The notes beneath the pieces are model-generated. The model had not been told where the DNA came from. It saw only the letters and a list, made by a program, of their open reading frames with translations, and did no database searches. DNA of 63,288 nucleotides, filler included, from Sluysia triapertura (Eukaryota): NCBI GenBank assembly GCA_046118255.1. It is 5 parts of 5 records of this genome, joined end to end, with 100 filler letters (N's around TTAATTAATTAA, not from the genome) between each part and the next. Parts side by side here need not be neighbours in the genome. Positions count along the whole stretch, not along the records: positions 1 to 14,380 come from JBJNIA010261618.1; positions 14,481 to 28,110 come from JBJNIA010028500.1; 3 more parts are not named here. The stretch is one strand, 5' to 3'. Position 1 is the first letter of the stretch, and every line of letters begins with the position of its first letter. A program made the position numbers and the translations under genes. Positions 12,936-26,835 of this stretch are shown piece after piece.

Positions 12936-13259
12936 ATGTTAAATAATTTAATGCTAATATCGTTATTTATTGCTTTATGTATACAATGTAATATGCCTGC
13001 CGAATGCGTCATATGTAAAAATTGCAATGCACTATCTAAACCGGATAATGTCACTACCGCTTCTAATTGTGCCAGCTGTTGGAAGTAGCCCACTGAATCT
13101 CACTTTGACGGAATTTGTTCTAATATAAAATGTTCTCACATCTCATCACTTGGAGAGTATTATGCTGTCCGATTCCCAAAAAATTTAGAAAATATGAAAC
13201 TTTTGAATGCAGATACGTTTTTAACTGAAGATTACTTTCTTAATTGTTACTATATTGAT
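12936..13259 (+). pseudogene. First exon of a secreted Cys-rich protein (Ly6/three-finger-like spacing) with in-frame TAG
   Basis: Signal-like MLNNLMLISLFIALCIQC, then ECVICKNC..NCASCWK*..GICSNIKC. The frame stays open after the TAG (13086-13088) to a GTGAGT donor at 13260. Confidence 0.55.
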
Positions 13260-14195
13260 GTGAGTGTTTTATTGTATTTTATTATATTAATAATAAATTA
13301 AATTTTGTCGTTTGCTTTAAATCGTTATTTTTTACAGGCCTTAAGCCTAGTTTTAAAATTATTTTATTATTATTTATTATTATTTTAATCGTTTTAATGT
13401 TAAATTTTGATAGTTTAATAATGGATAAATTTATTAGTTGGTTAATAGTTTCGAAATTAAAGTTAAATTGTTGTTATTTAGTTAATTTTTAAATTTTCTT
13501 AATACAAAATTAAAGATAAATAAAAATAAACCTAAATTATTAACTTTAAAACATATAACCCCATCCAGAAGAATTAATTATATAATTATATTGTATTTTA
13601 TATAAATTAAGTTAGATCGAGCCTGATACCACTTAAGATATGAAGTGGCGCGTAGCTTAAGTTATATTACAAAACATTTGAAATGTAGTACAATAACCAA
13701 AACGAAATTAACTCGTGAACTCCCCACCTTTCAAGATTCTGGATTGAAGTAAAACTTATCCTTTTTCCTGTGGGTTGGAAAGTTAAAATATTGTGTCATA
13801 TATAAAACATAGAATAGGTAAAACAACCAGCAATGAATTCAGATCATTCAATCATAGAACATACTTTAAAATTGAAATTAAGAACTTGAAAATGATGTCT
13901 CACAAATTTGAATTACCAATTCTGCATGGTTTAAACTATAATTTATAACTAACGAAAGACTAATAAGCGTCAGTAATAAGGACATATTATAATGAAGTTG
14001 ATTAATTATTGCTTCTTATTATCATCGTAATGTTCGAATTACATGCTAACTTCCTTTCTGATAGATATCTCTGTTACAAATTCCTATTTATAACCATCAT
14101 TGCGAAAAATAAACATTGTGTTAAAGTAACTGAGATAAAAGTACTTCTACCATATTTACAAATTTAATTATTCATTGGACATCTTATAAACAATG

Positions 14196-14285
14196 TGTGG
14201 TGGTTCACCCCACTACTACGTACATATCGCATAAATCATAACAATCAATTACACACAATCCTCATCACAAAAATACGTTACCACA
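14196..14285. repeat. Candidate short solo LTR
   Basis: TGTGGT...ACCACA inverted termini and C/A-rich composition like the other short LTRs. TSD ambiguous. Confidence 0.35.
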
Positions 14286-14380
14286 TGTGTTGCTTATGCT
14301 GGATGTTTTTCTTAATCTAAAAAACCTAACCTACAGCAAAATAATTAATTATTATGAGTCCGTTTACAGTATACGACTTA

Positions 14381-14480
14381 NNNNNNNNNNNNNNNNNNNN
14401 NNNNNNNNNNNNNNNNNNNNNNNNTTAATTAATTAANNNNNNNNNNNNNNNNNNNNNNNNNNNNNNNNNNNNNNNNNNNN
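14381..14480. other. Artificial contig linker
   Basis: 44 N + TTAATTAATTAA (stops in all six frames) + 44 N. Confidence 0.97.
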
Positions 14481-14537
14481 TGGTAGAGCAGTCGAACTGC
14501 GCAGCGATGGTCCCGGGTTCGATCCCCGGTCAGTCCA
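14481..14537 (+). pseudogene. 5'-truncated tRNA pseudogene or tRNA-derived SINE head
   Basis: D-arm/A-box remnant TGGTAGAGC, perfect T-arm CCGGG TTCGATC CCCGG and terminal CCA. The anticodon arm does not fold canonically; cut by the contig start. Confidence 0.75.
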
Positions 14538-15410
14538 TTTTACGAAGTCTAACATTTCATTGTTAATTAATAATATTTTCTAAGCAAAAAATAAAATCTC
14601 ATATAACACCTTATCTTGAAGAACGGTACTGGTTGTCAATATAATTGAAAATTATGATTACAGTTTATAAATGCTTATTCCCAAAATTGCAGAAGTAAAA
14701 ATATAACAATACAGAATCCACCATAGGCAGAAGTTATATAGTGTTCTTTTCAAAACAATACAAACTCTGATAAATTATGAAGTATTTAACAAAGGAAAAA
14801 TTATTTCTATTTCAGAAATATTAATTACTTTAAGGGATTTCGAGTACTTATTTCTTATAGTAGATATTAGTAGATATAAATTAATTTATTATAATAATCA
14901 TAGAGCACGAAAATAATTTCCTATATCATTACTATCATTTTAATACCATTTTAATATTTTCATGTTTTAACATTATATTCTTTCGACTTATTTCATTAAA
15001 AAAATTAATTTTAAATAGTACTACTATTAAAGTTACTACTTAACAATCACAGTAGCTTTGTTTATTTAATTTTTATTGACATTTATACATACAAAATAAT
15101 AAATGCAACTAAATTATTCAATCTAATTTTGATAAATAAATAAATAAATAAATAAGGTCGATCATACTTTTTTGTACTTAAAAGTGCTTTGTTTAATTAA
15201 TCTTTTGTTTTGCAAGGTCAACTATTATTTAAATTTTAAAACAATTTCATAATATGTCAATGAAAGTAATGTATAATTTAAAAAAGAAATAAATATAATT
15301 CGGCATGACTCATTCCAGAATTCATTTCAGAGAAAGCATATTTTAGTGGTGGTAAATGCAGACTATCTGTTGATAAATATAATCTCATTAGCTATAAAAT
15401 CAAAGATAAT

Positions 15411-15530
15411 TTTGATTCAACGAGAGATTTTGTAACTGTTGAAGATGAAATATTAAGGTTTGATGAAAAAATTTACATTTCTAAAGTTTTAAAAAAGCGA
15501 GTATTGGAAATAGCACATGAAGGTCATATT
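15411..15530 (+). mobile_element. Ty3/Gypsy (Mag-like) pol fragment, integrase Zn-binding region
   Basis: RDFVTVEDEILRFDEKIYISKVLKKRVLEIAHEGHI. Confidence 0.75.
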
Positions 15531-16690
15531 GATGGACACCGAAAAGAATTGGAACGTGTTAGTTTACCATCATAACTCTTTAAATAGTAATAATTTTCGA
15601 AAAAATAAATCAATTTTGATTGGCTGCTGACTAGTACGTATACAACATAATTATTACTATATCATTTAATCACGAAAATTTGGTTAATATGGATTTTATT
15701 GTCGGATATTCTTTAGTTGTCGACCATCTTGAAAAATTTTGTAACAGCAAGTTATTTTGTTTATATGGTAATTTTGATTCTCGGAGTCAAAATTTTAAAA
15801 ATGACTCATACCTTTAATTTAATACATTTGTAGTGAGGGAAAAAATTCATACTTAAAATAGTGATAATTTAAATTAAATGCCCTGGTGATTTTAATTTTA
15901 CATTTATTATTTTTATCACTGTCTTTAATTAATTTTAACTACTTGTAAAAATTTTGTTAATGTGATTTATAATTCGTGTTTTTGTGAGATAGTTGGATTA
16001 AATTATTAAAGAATTAATGACTAATAGAAGTTAAGTATAGACCCTCTATAAACATGTAGATACTACATAAATTAAAAGAAATTCCAGAAGCTTTAAGAAT
16101 TAAGATAAATTTTGCATTGAATATTATCAACTTTAGTTACGAGGCCCTAACTCAAAAATATTTTACCACTGCTGTTGTTTATATGTTCCAAGTAGGTAAG
16201 TAATAACTTACTGATAATTGGAGAATCTTCCAAAGACTGCGAATGACTGTTTCTTGCCTTTTATCAAGAAATGAACACTATTATAGAGAAAATAGAATAA
16301 AAATAAACATGATAAGTACTTTAATGCTATGAGATATGAATCATAAAATAAAGTTAATTATGGTACTATTGTAAAGATAATGGTTGTATAAACTTGGATT
16401 ATGAAGTTTGAAAATATTAACAATCGAATCGTCAATAAAATACATGATAATTAAATTAAAAATTAATTAAATAAACATGAAATAAATGTTTCACTGAATT
16501 CACCTTTCTTTCTATTAAATACTTGAAATCACAAAATAATTTTCAGTCAATTTATTATTCAATTTTTAAAGCTTGAAAATTGTAAATTCGTAAAAATAAC
16601 TTGTAAGATTTAATTTCTCTGAAAAATTAATAAATTAACGACTTATTTTTTGTTGTAGAAATACTTGATTTATATTTATTTTAATATTAG

Positions 16691-17398
<708 letters not shown>

Positions 17399-18949
17399 TA
17401 GAAATTTTTAAAATTAAATAATTAGTTTAAAATATTTTTCAATGATTTAAATATAAATTTTAAAATATAAAATTTAACGAAAACTATAAATGAAATTTAT
17501 AAAATGTAGACTGAAAATCATGAAAATTTTCATATAAATGATATTAAGAGTTATTTAATATTTTAGCTTAGTAATAAAATGGCTGTAATATTTAGATTTT
17601 TTTACCAGTTCACAAAAATTATGATAAAATCAATAAATACACCCTTAAAAATAGTAATTATATATAAGAAAAATTAACAAATTTTTACATAGATATTACT
17701 AAATAAACAAGTTTGTAGAAGTAGGGAAACAAACATCTAACAATATAGTTGTAATTCAACAAGATCAAAAATAGAAAATTATAAATATTTTAAAAAAATT
17801 GTAACAATATTATTCTAAATATCTCCAATGAACAGATATTTACTTAGATAAATATAAATTTATTTTGCTTTACATACATTCTGATGAAAATTGGCATGAA
17901 TTATGTAAATATTTACGAAATCTAAAATATAATCTTACAGTATTAATCAATGGATATTGTAGATTAAATAATAGTTTATTCTGCTTAATTATTATCAATG
18001 CATTATGTTTATGTCAAAAATAAAATAAACTTACTTTAATATTTAAATCATTGTAAAAACAATACTCTTAATTGTTAATTCATGAAATCTTTCATTTCTA
18101 TTATAAATTCATTTGATATAATAATGAAAAAATTTAAAAATTCTGAATATTCAAATTAATAAATGACCTTTATATTTGTATGAAAATAACATTTATCCAA
18201 AATTCTTGATTTATTTTAGAAAACAGAGATTTTATAGTCATTCAGTATGGTGATGTGTTGTTTTTGTACATAAGAATAAACTTACTGTAGTATACATTAT
18301 CGAAAATATTGTAAAATAATTTCTTGTTTTTAGGTGTTACTTTTTATATTTTTATCTACAAATTTCACATCTTTATATTATTCAAGATTTATAATTATCA
18401 TTTTTTTATATTTGAGAATTATTAAATAATATTGCTAAAATAAAATGTAATTACATTATATTATTATTTTCATATTATACGCAAGTGATTATTAGCTAGT
18501 GATTATAAGCTAGTGATTATTATATGCAAAATAAATAATCAATACTATATAAACAATCAATTTAAATACATTATTTTGCTTTTATGGTTTTGTTGTGAAT
18601 CGGTTATCATCATTAATTATGCATATTATTTTTAATACTAAATTTTGGTACTCAAATTATAAATTAAACTTTTTTGGTGACAAAGTTAAAGTTATAGTAG
18701 TATAATATACAGTAGTTAATATGTTATTATGAGAAAATTTTACTTTGGTACTATTCATAAATAAATAAAAATAATAATATAATCAACAATAATGATATTA
18801 TTAATAATATAATTATTAAAATAATAATATAATGATTGTTGTGCGTGGTAGTTGAATTTTATACTTTCATTATGACTCAATGTGTATTGAGTTAGAGGGG
18901 TGGAATTCTGATGATACAAATGAAGTTTTACTACGTTTGCATAGTATTA

Positions 18950-19430
18950 ATGTTTCGACATGAGGAAACCTAGGAGTATTAAGAGAATTGAGTTAGCGAT
19001 TAAAGATAATAAGTTTATTAACAACAAGCAAAGATAATATGATACCGGTAAAGATAACCATATGGATACTTTACCAAGTCGAGATTATATGTATTTATTT
19101 CGTCGAAAGAAGATTGCAAAAGAAGATGCATATCTGTAACAATAAATTATATGTAATTATGTTTAATCTCATATGTCAATTTAAAAGAAATGTGATTTCT
19201 ACATTTAAAAGTCAACTTAAGAAACGTATACAATTCACTGTTAATATTATAATTCATTTGATTTACCAAAGAATTATATAAATGCACAAAGTTATTTAGC
19301 TTACAATTAATTCGGTAAAATTTGTTAAGTAATTTAGTTACTCTTATAAATTGTACTAAAACAATAGATTTATCAAAAATTGAAAAGCGGTATAATAAAA
19401 CTTGAATAAAGCATGACAACAAAAAGAATT
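18950..19430 (-). mobile_element. Decayed LINE ORF2 C-terminal remnant
   Basis: KLLNKFYRINCKLNNFVHLYNSLVNQMNY resembles the post-RT LY.SL....L.Y segment. Boundaries approximate. Confidence 0.4.
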
Positions 19431-19620
19431 ACGTACTTGGTATTGTTGGGATAAAGGGAGATGTAAGGGTCAAAACTCAGGATAACAGAATTATTAAAAA
19501 ATTAAGATGAGGTATTATGATGAACTGTAATGGTAAAATAGTACATAAAATACTTGAATTAAAACAAAATAATGAGAAATAGGAAGAAATAACCATACAC
19601 AAGGTTTTATTTGTTAAAAT

Positions 19621-21499
19621 TGTTGGGATTGCCCAATTGTAGATCAGGAGATGAGTAACAAAGATATAAAATCATAAAATAATACAAAGTGATGGATTGA
19701 ACATAGTAAACATTATTGGAATAAGAATCATAAAAGTAAAAACATCTATAATAATGTTAATAGTTAAAGAATACCTTGGAGTTCCAAAGGAATCAGAGAG
19801 GTGAAGTTGAAAACATCTAGAACCTCCTGAATGCCTTATAAACTACTAAAAATCTTTAGAACTTTAATAAAACCTTAAACATAGAATATGATTAAGTCTA
19901 AAATAGATTAATTAATTAATAATGTTAATTAACTTAATTAAGAAAAAGTACGTTTTTTTGAATAACTTTTGAATGTGGAATGCTATGTTGAATTTGAAAC
20001 TGTGTATGTATTTGTTTTGAAAAGACCTTTCGATGAAAGTATGGTTTGACTGAGTTCATGCAAGGGAAGCTTTAATATTGACGAAAGTCAAATTTTAATT
20101 AATTTTTAATTATGGAATGTTGAATTTTTAATACTTAGAGTGATACAAATAGGATGAATGGAATATGAGATTATTGCTATGAAAGAGGAGAATCTGTAAG
20201 TGAGTTCGCAATGTTTGTAAAATGGTTCATTTGAGAATAAGAAGATTAAAACATCTTTCATTAGAAAATTGGGTGTAAAAGATAGAAAATTAATTAAATA
20301 ATGGAAAGTGAAATTAAATTCATTATTTTTATATATATTAATAGTATTGTTGACTGTTATTTTAATGTGAGAAGTAATTTAAGTAAAAATAGACTGAATA
20401 GAGTAAAAGGAAATGTTGGTTGATAATAAATCAAATTTATATGTTTTGTACCTAATAAAGTTTGACAGACCATACCATATAGTTGTCAAAATTGTTATTA
20501 TCGGTCTGATTCTCAATGAGGTTTGGATGATTTGTGTGAAAGAAAGTTTGGTTTTGAGATTGTGAACTGATTGGATGATGAAAGAGTATAAAATAAAGAT
20601 TTCAAAATGTTTACAACACAATAGCAAGATAACAACAATGACGATGATGATGGATATGAAAATCCATCTTTAGGGCAAAGTTTTTAATTTTTATTTATTT
20701 ATTATTTTTTTAAAATAATATAAGTAATTAATGTTATTTCAGTTTGAATAATTTTAATATTGTGTCATTTTTAGTTAATTTTTTAAGCTATTTTAAAGGT
20801 AAGTTGATAAGAAACTCCCCGTGCAATTTTTATTAAAAAACTATTTTTAAGATAATTAAGTAAGAAACATTTCACGTAATCTTTGTTGAATATTAAATTT
20901 AAATTGTATTCGATCAAATTGTGGAATAAAGAAAGAGTAAGGACGATGTGGAATTGAAAGTTATACAAAATGATTGGTAAAACAGAATATAACAACGTGG
21001 AATCAGAATTATGAAGATGAAAGTACTTATGATTACTCTCAGAATTACTGTGAATACTTTGAAACCCTTTAGATGGGTTTGAAAAGTATCTTTGAGCTTC
21101 TTAACCCTGAAACCATTTGAGGATTCATCAACATTTAAAAATCTTTAAGACATTGATATGCATTTGAGATATTTGGTTAATATAATAAAATATTTGCAAT
21201 CTTTAAAATTTTTGAGAAATTGTATTATTGTTACTAATAATAAAGAAAAATTTAATACATAGATAATTAATATATAAAGAAGCAGAAAAGGTGAAGATGA
21301 ATGCATCTAGAACTCCTAAGTACCTTACAAAATACTAAATAACTTTAGAATTTTAATAAAGCCTTTAAACATAAAATAAGATTAAGTCTAACAATTTTTA
21401 CTTAATTAAAAAAAAGTACGTTTTTGTAAATAATGTTGGAATGTGGAATGATGTTGAAACTTTATAGGTATTTGTTTAAAAAGACCTTTCGATTCAACA
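19621..21499 (+). mobile_element. Internally deleted copia-like LTR element
   Basis: Begins TGTTGGG and ends CAACA. 19800-20035 is directly repeated at 21290-21495. A degenerate PBS TGGTTTGAC at 20042 is followed by a gag-like remnant also present inverted at 22140-22606. No clean TSD. Confidence 0.55.
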
Positions 21500-22139
21500 A
21501 ATTAGTTAACTTAATTAGTTTCATATCAATTTTAATTTCAAGTCTCAATAATCCAAATAAAGACTGAAACTCAACAGTATTCACTATGAATGAAATACTA
21601 CAATTAAACAATTGTAACAAGAAATTTCACACTAATAAAATCCAAAATTTGGAAAAACTAAAATTACTATAAACTGTTAATAATATAAAACAATATTAAA
21701 TAATGATCCACTAATTTTAACATGATATCAGTAATATTTTCGATAAACAAGTATGACGCAGGAAATACTTACATAAAACACACATAAAACTATTCTTACG
21801 AATCAAAATAAAAGGGAATTTCCCAAAAAATAAAATAGTTTTATATTTTATACATATTTTATAAACTAAGACTTATTTTTATTATATAAATAAATAAATG
21901 GAAAGTTCTGCAATAATAACTGTCATCTTTCCAAATAAACAAAAAATAAAATTGTTTTAGGGAATTAATTGAAAGTAAATAAAATAAAATTAAAATAAAT
22001 TAACTTACCAGCAACATGAAAACATTGTTCTTTCATATATGTTCTTGTGCTATTTTTTATTGTGTTGTAAAATTTTTAAGTATTCCCTATTATACTTTCT
22101 CATCATCTAATAATTCTTGCATTTTAGAATCAAATACTC

Positions 22140-23200
22140 TTCCAAACAAATCATTAGAGCGTCAGTAGCAGCTTTAACAATTACATGGTACGGCCTGTCA
22201 GATTTTATTAGGTACGGAACACAAAAAATTGATTAATGCTCACATTATTTTCCTTTACTCTAAACAATCTATATTTACTTAAACTACTTCGCACATTAAA
22301 ATGAAAACCATCAATATTGTTAAAGTACATAAAATTAATGAATTTAACTTTAGTTTTAGAATTCATTTTTTCATACAAAATTTTTAATGAGAAAAGTCTA
22401 AAATTCTTATTCTCAAACAGACCATTCTACAAACATTTCACATTCATATTTAGATTCTTCTCTTTCATAGCAATAATGTCATATTCAATTCATTATCTTT
22501 TCATCATTCTAAGTACGAAAAAATTCAACATTCTATAAGTGAGAATTGATTAAAATTTGAATTTGCTCAATATTAAGGCTTTCATCGTATGAATTCAGTG
22601 ATACCATGCTGTTGTGTCTTTATTCAAAACTATCAACAAAAACTCAACAATTAAATTAAAACGTAATCTTAATACATTGCAAATATCACAAAAATGACAA
22701 TATATCGACTATTTTTTAATAACAATATGCAAATTTAAAGTTATAAATCACTGTCAGTATAAAATTAATCAATAAAAAAATCCAGAGGTAACATAACACG
22801 AAAAATGTTTACGACTATATTAAACAAAATAAATTAACAAGAACGTGGTTCACAAACCGCAACAGTAGAATACTATTTATAAGGCTTTGTCAAGTACTAA
22901 AGATAAATCCTTAAGCACAGTTAGGTGATTCGAATCTATTATTTAAAATTGCACAAAAAGGACACGTATCACAAAATATTAAACATAAACAAAATATACA
23001 CTTAACACTTAAATTATAAAATATTTATATAATCGCACATAGAACTATCACACCAACAAAATCCCCCCAAAAAACTTAAAATTTCAATTAAGTAGCAATT
23101 AAATTTCTATAAAACACTTAACCTTTCTCAAACTTCTATCAAATTTAAATGTCACCTTTTTCTTTGTATAATCTCTTCAACAATTTTACAACCGTCAATT
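22140..23200 (-). mobile_element. Copia-like LTR (22610-23058) with PPT on one side and PBS plus gag remnant on the other
   Basis: Minus strand order: GGGGGG PPT (23063-23068), TGTTG...CAACA, then TGGTATCA (22599-22606, initiator-Met-type PBS). A partial LTR copy starts at 55526 (+). Confidence 0.7.
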
Positions 23201-23372
23201 CAACAAAAGTACTTAATAGGTAACGGTGCAACAAAAACTGAACGCGATAGAAGAGAAGAGAATTTACCAGAAAAATACATGAAGAAAGAATTTCAAAAAA
23301 ATATTAATTGAACATGCAAGTAAAAAATGTGTTAATAATAAGAATCGAATATTAAAATGCTAATACACAAAA

Positions 23373-24120
23373 GTGAATATCAGATTATCAATCGTTCTGC
23401 TATTTTACATGAAAAAGAAGCACCTCTTTTTCTATAGGATATCATGTATTTCGAGACTTACATTTGTTACAGAAATTGTCAATAATGTAGACAAAGTTGT
23501 GACTTTAGAATCGTATTTTGACAACAAACCAATCAAAATTCAACAAATAATTTTTTCAGTTGATTCATTGCTATCTTATTTTAGAAAATTACATCATATT
23601 CATTCAGCAACAGCTAATAATGATTTGTGTATCAACTTGTTACCAATTGATTATTCATTTTCACCACAAGGTGATACTCAACATCATTTCGTGATATATC
23701 CTAACTCTCACAGAATTGATGATATTCTAGATAGTATGTCTATGAATGTTGTTCATCTCCTAACTTTACTATTTGTGATGACAAATTTATCCCCACGGAT
23801 ATATTTATCCTCATTCCGCTTTTAAACAAGAATTCTTTATTCATCTTGAATCACAAATTGATCCATTTTCCATTGCATATTGAATCTATTATTTTAGGCG
23901 AAGCAGCTAATGATAGGCCACATTTAACTATTGATACATTATAGATCAAAATTTCTTGGATTTATGATAATGAATTCAACACGTTGCATTGTAATTGTAC
24001 ATGAAAATGAATCCATTGTGCAAATATCAAATTATTAGAACAAATTCCTAAGTGCCATGACGTACATAGTGTGGAAAGTTTGATCCATGACCTATATATT
24101 GCTATAAATTCTGTTCGACA
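23373..24120 (+). pseudogene. Unassigned 150-codon ORF with disrupted downstream continuation
   Basis: Long ORF for this composition. The downstream stop-interrupted frame has NTLHCNC..IHCA..C, weakly like an LRR C-terminal cap. Confidence 0.25.
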
Positions 24121-24550
24121 AAAGAAACTAGAGATGAGAAATTAACGAAGAAAAATTTGTTAAAAGTGATGTTTACGATGAAGTATGTTTAGAAGTAATG
24201 CATTATATATGCGATTATATTCCAATAATAATAATTATTATTATTATAATTGCACGATATTAATAATGATAATAAAATTGAAATTTTTTTAAATACTGCA
24301 TCGTATGAGGTGCTTTCGCAGTTTCATATTTATACACCTCTAAAATTATTAGTTGTCACAAAAAATTAGAAGTGATGCAACAATTAAAATTTTTCATAAC
24401 AGCTATCACAACAAAATTTTGAATCGACAAAATAGAGTGAAGTTAGCAGTTGCATTAAACTTCGCACATACCATATTTAGTATTTTTACTTTTAATTTTA
24501 CAAATAAATTTTATTGTTATATAAGAGTTTATTTGTAACAATTAAAACCA

Positions 24551-24825
24551 AAGTCGATTAATCATCACAAATAAAGCTATAATTAAATATATCATCATGA
24601 TAATGATTCAAGTTCATACTATCGACAAAAGGTCAACACAAGTAAAGTTAATATTCTCGATAAAGTCATGTTGATAAATATAGCTTGTTATATTGATAAA
24701 AAGATTATCACAAACAAAGCTATTGTCAAAAATATTATCATATTAATGATTAAATCTCAAACTATCGATAAAAGGCTCATCACAGGTAAGGCTAATATTT
24801 ATCACGAAGTAAAGTTGTAAATAAA
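24551..24825 (+). repeat. Diverged two-copy tandem repeat, unit about 135-145 bp
   Basis: ATCACAAAYAAAGCTAT...ACTATCGAYAAAAGG...GTAARGYTAATATT occurs twice. Confidence 0.75.
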
Positions 24826-26299
24826 AGGATTTTTATGACTAAAATTAAAGTCATCACCAAACAGATGAGTGTAATTAGAACTACAAGTAAACGTTATTCG
24901 ATTTTAATGTCAGAAAAAAATTTTTTACAATTCGTTTTATAGTAGAACTTTTATCTTAGATAACTTTGTATCATGTATCAGTCACACATTGCACTTCCTC
25001 GTCCAATTTTTAATTTGTCACTTACGATATACTATGTGACTCCAAGTCCTTACACTACAATAGAATTCGTCAATGGTAATAGTAAAGTGAGGAGTAATGA
25101 TTAAATTTTTTATTTTAACGAATTTTCCTCTATTCTCTTTTATCCTCTCAGTGTTTATTTGTATATGCTTTTTAATAAATGAGTTTTATAACTACTTTGA
25201 TTATTTGGCTTAACATTTGAATTGTTGATATATAATAATTTTTACAATGTAAGTAGTACGATTTTCATTAATAATTCTCTTACTTACCATTTGAGCCTTA
25301 ATGAATGTGTCATTGTTACATTCATTGAATGTCAAATTCCTATGACATTCATTAATATAATATTAAAATCAATTTTTCTTAAAAAATAAAGATTTAATTC
25401 CAAAACAGTGTTTGTGCAAATGTGTCGAGGCAGCTCTCTTATTGGAAATGAAGATTTATTCATTTTTTGCTGACTTATCCAGATATTTTTGTTCTAATTC
25501 TAACTAAAATGCGATCGCTTATAGCTGAGGAGATTTAAAAAATGAAAAATATAAATAATTACTTCGTATAATTATTCGATCTTTTAAGTCGGTGTTAAGT
25601 CGACCAATTTTAATAATTAAACTTCGACGATAATTTCCGTCGGCTTCCTATTTATAATCTCCCGCAATTACTCAGAGATAAGTGGATTTGTGACGAACAA
25701 ATCAAAATCAAAATTTAATTAAAATAATACATCAACTTAAAATAAAAAATTTTTCATACAATATCACATATCAGCTGTTTATTACACGTCGAATTCAATA
25801 AACTATCTGAATTGGTATCTTAGTGAGCATCAATTTAATATTTACTTTGATTATACTTAAGCATTACAGCATATATATAAATTTAATTTTAGATTATAAA
25901 AATTAATTAAAATAAATAAGTTTTACATTATCTGCTTTGGCGTACTTCGTAACATTTCAACATCAGGAATACTCATAAATTTCAACACTATCCCCAAGTT
26001 CCAATGTTATTTTTCACAGATTTGTTAAATTAAAAATTTCTAATTAAATCAATTAACAAATTCACTTCTATATCTCAACGAGTAAAGCCCTTTAGAGGGT
26101 TCCCTCTTCTTATCTTTCTCTCTTTTTATTTTAATCCAAATATTTTATATGCATATTCCATTAATAAACGCAATTGATCATAATTTTTTACTTTAATTTT
26201 CTCAGTAATACTTATTTTATTCCTATACTACAAATTATAACCCTTATAGCTACTTCAACCTTAACTAAATCAGCGAAAGCTTTTTAATTTCAACTTTGA

Positions 26300-26835
26300 T
26301 AAATCATTCCACATTCAAATTTTATTCACAAAATGTATTTTTTCTTAATTAATCTTAATTAATCTTATTTTATATTTAAAGGTTTCATTAAGATTCTAAA
26401 GTTATTCAGAACTGTATAAGGCACTTATGGGTTCTAGATGCTTTCACCTACACCACTCTTATTCATCTTTCTGCTTGTTTTTATTAACACGTTCGCCACC
26501 GGAGCTTGGGAAGAAAATCTTCTACCACAATTCATCGAAATTTTTCTTATGAAATGACTTTAAATGATATTGGAATTTTTTAACTGCGAAAAGTAGTGAA
26601 ACATCTTAAAGAAAACTGATAAGTTAAACAAGCCACATGCGACGCTGATAGGGAACGTGTTAATTATTAATATAGATAATTTATCTTTAATATTAATAAC
26701 AATAATTCTACTTCTCAAGTGTTTTAAAGATTTCAAAACTTTACAATATTATTCAAAGATCTCAAATGCTTATAACTGTCTCAAAGAACGCAAATGCTTA
26801 TAAATGCCTCAAAGATTCTTAAAGGTTGATGATTT
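26300..26835 (-). repeat. Inverted copy of the LTR family at 19800-20035 and 21100-21499
   Basis: 26340-26450 is the reverse complement of about 21290-21400, and 26660-26835 of about 21120-21270. Confidence 0.7.

Noticed and set aside
11957-13088. Reassigned stop codons suggested by in-frame TAA and TAG
   Set aside because: Intact genes here (kinase, 74-aa protein) end in TAA and have no internal stops; ordinary pseudogenisation explains it.
14425-14436. Recurrent TTAATTAATTAA palindrome as a biological motif
   Set aside because: Always centred in identical N padding; an assembly linker.
20379-22538. Hydrophobic ORFs 20379-20627 (-) and 22317-22538 (+) as a membrane receptor family
   Set aside because: They are antisense to A-rich gag-like remnants that follow a PBS, so the hydrophobicity reflects T-richness.
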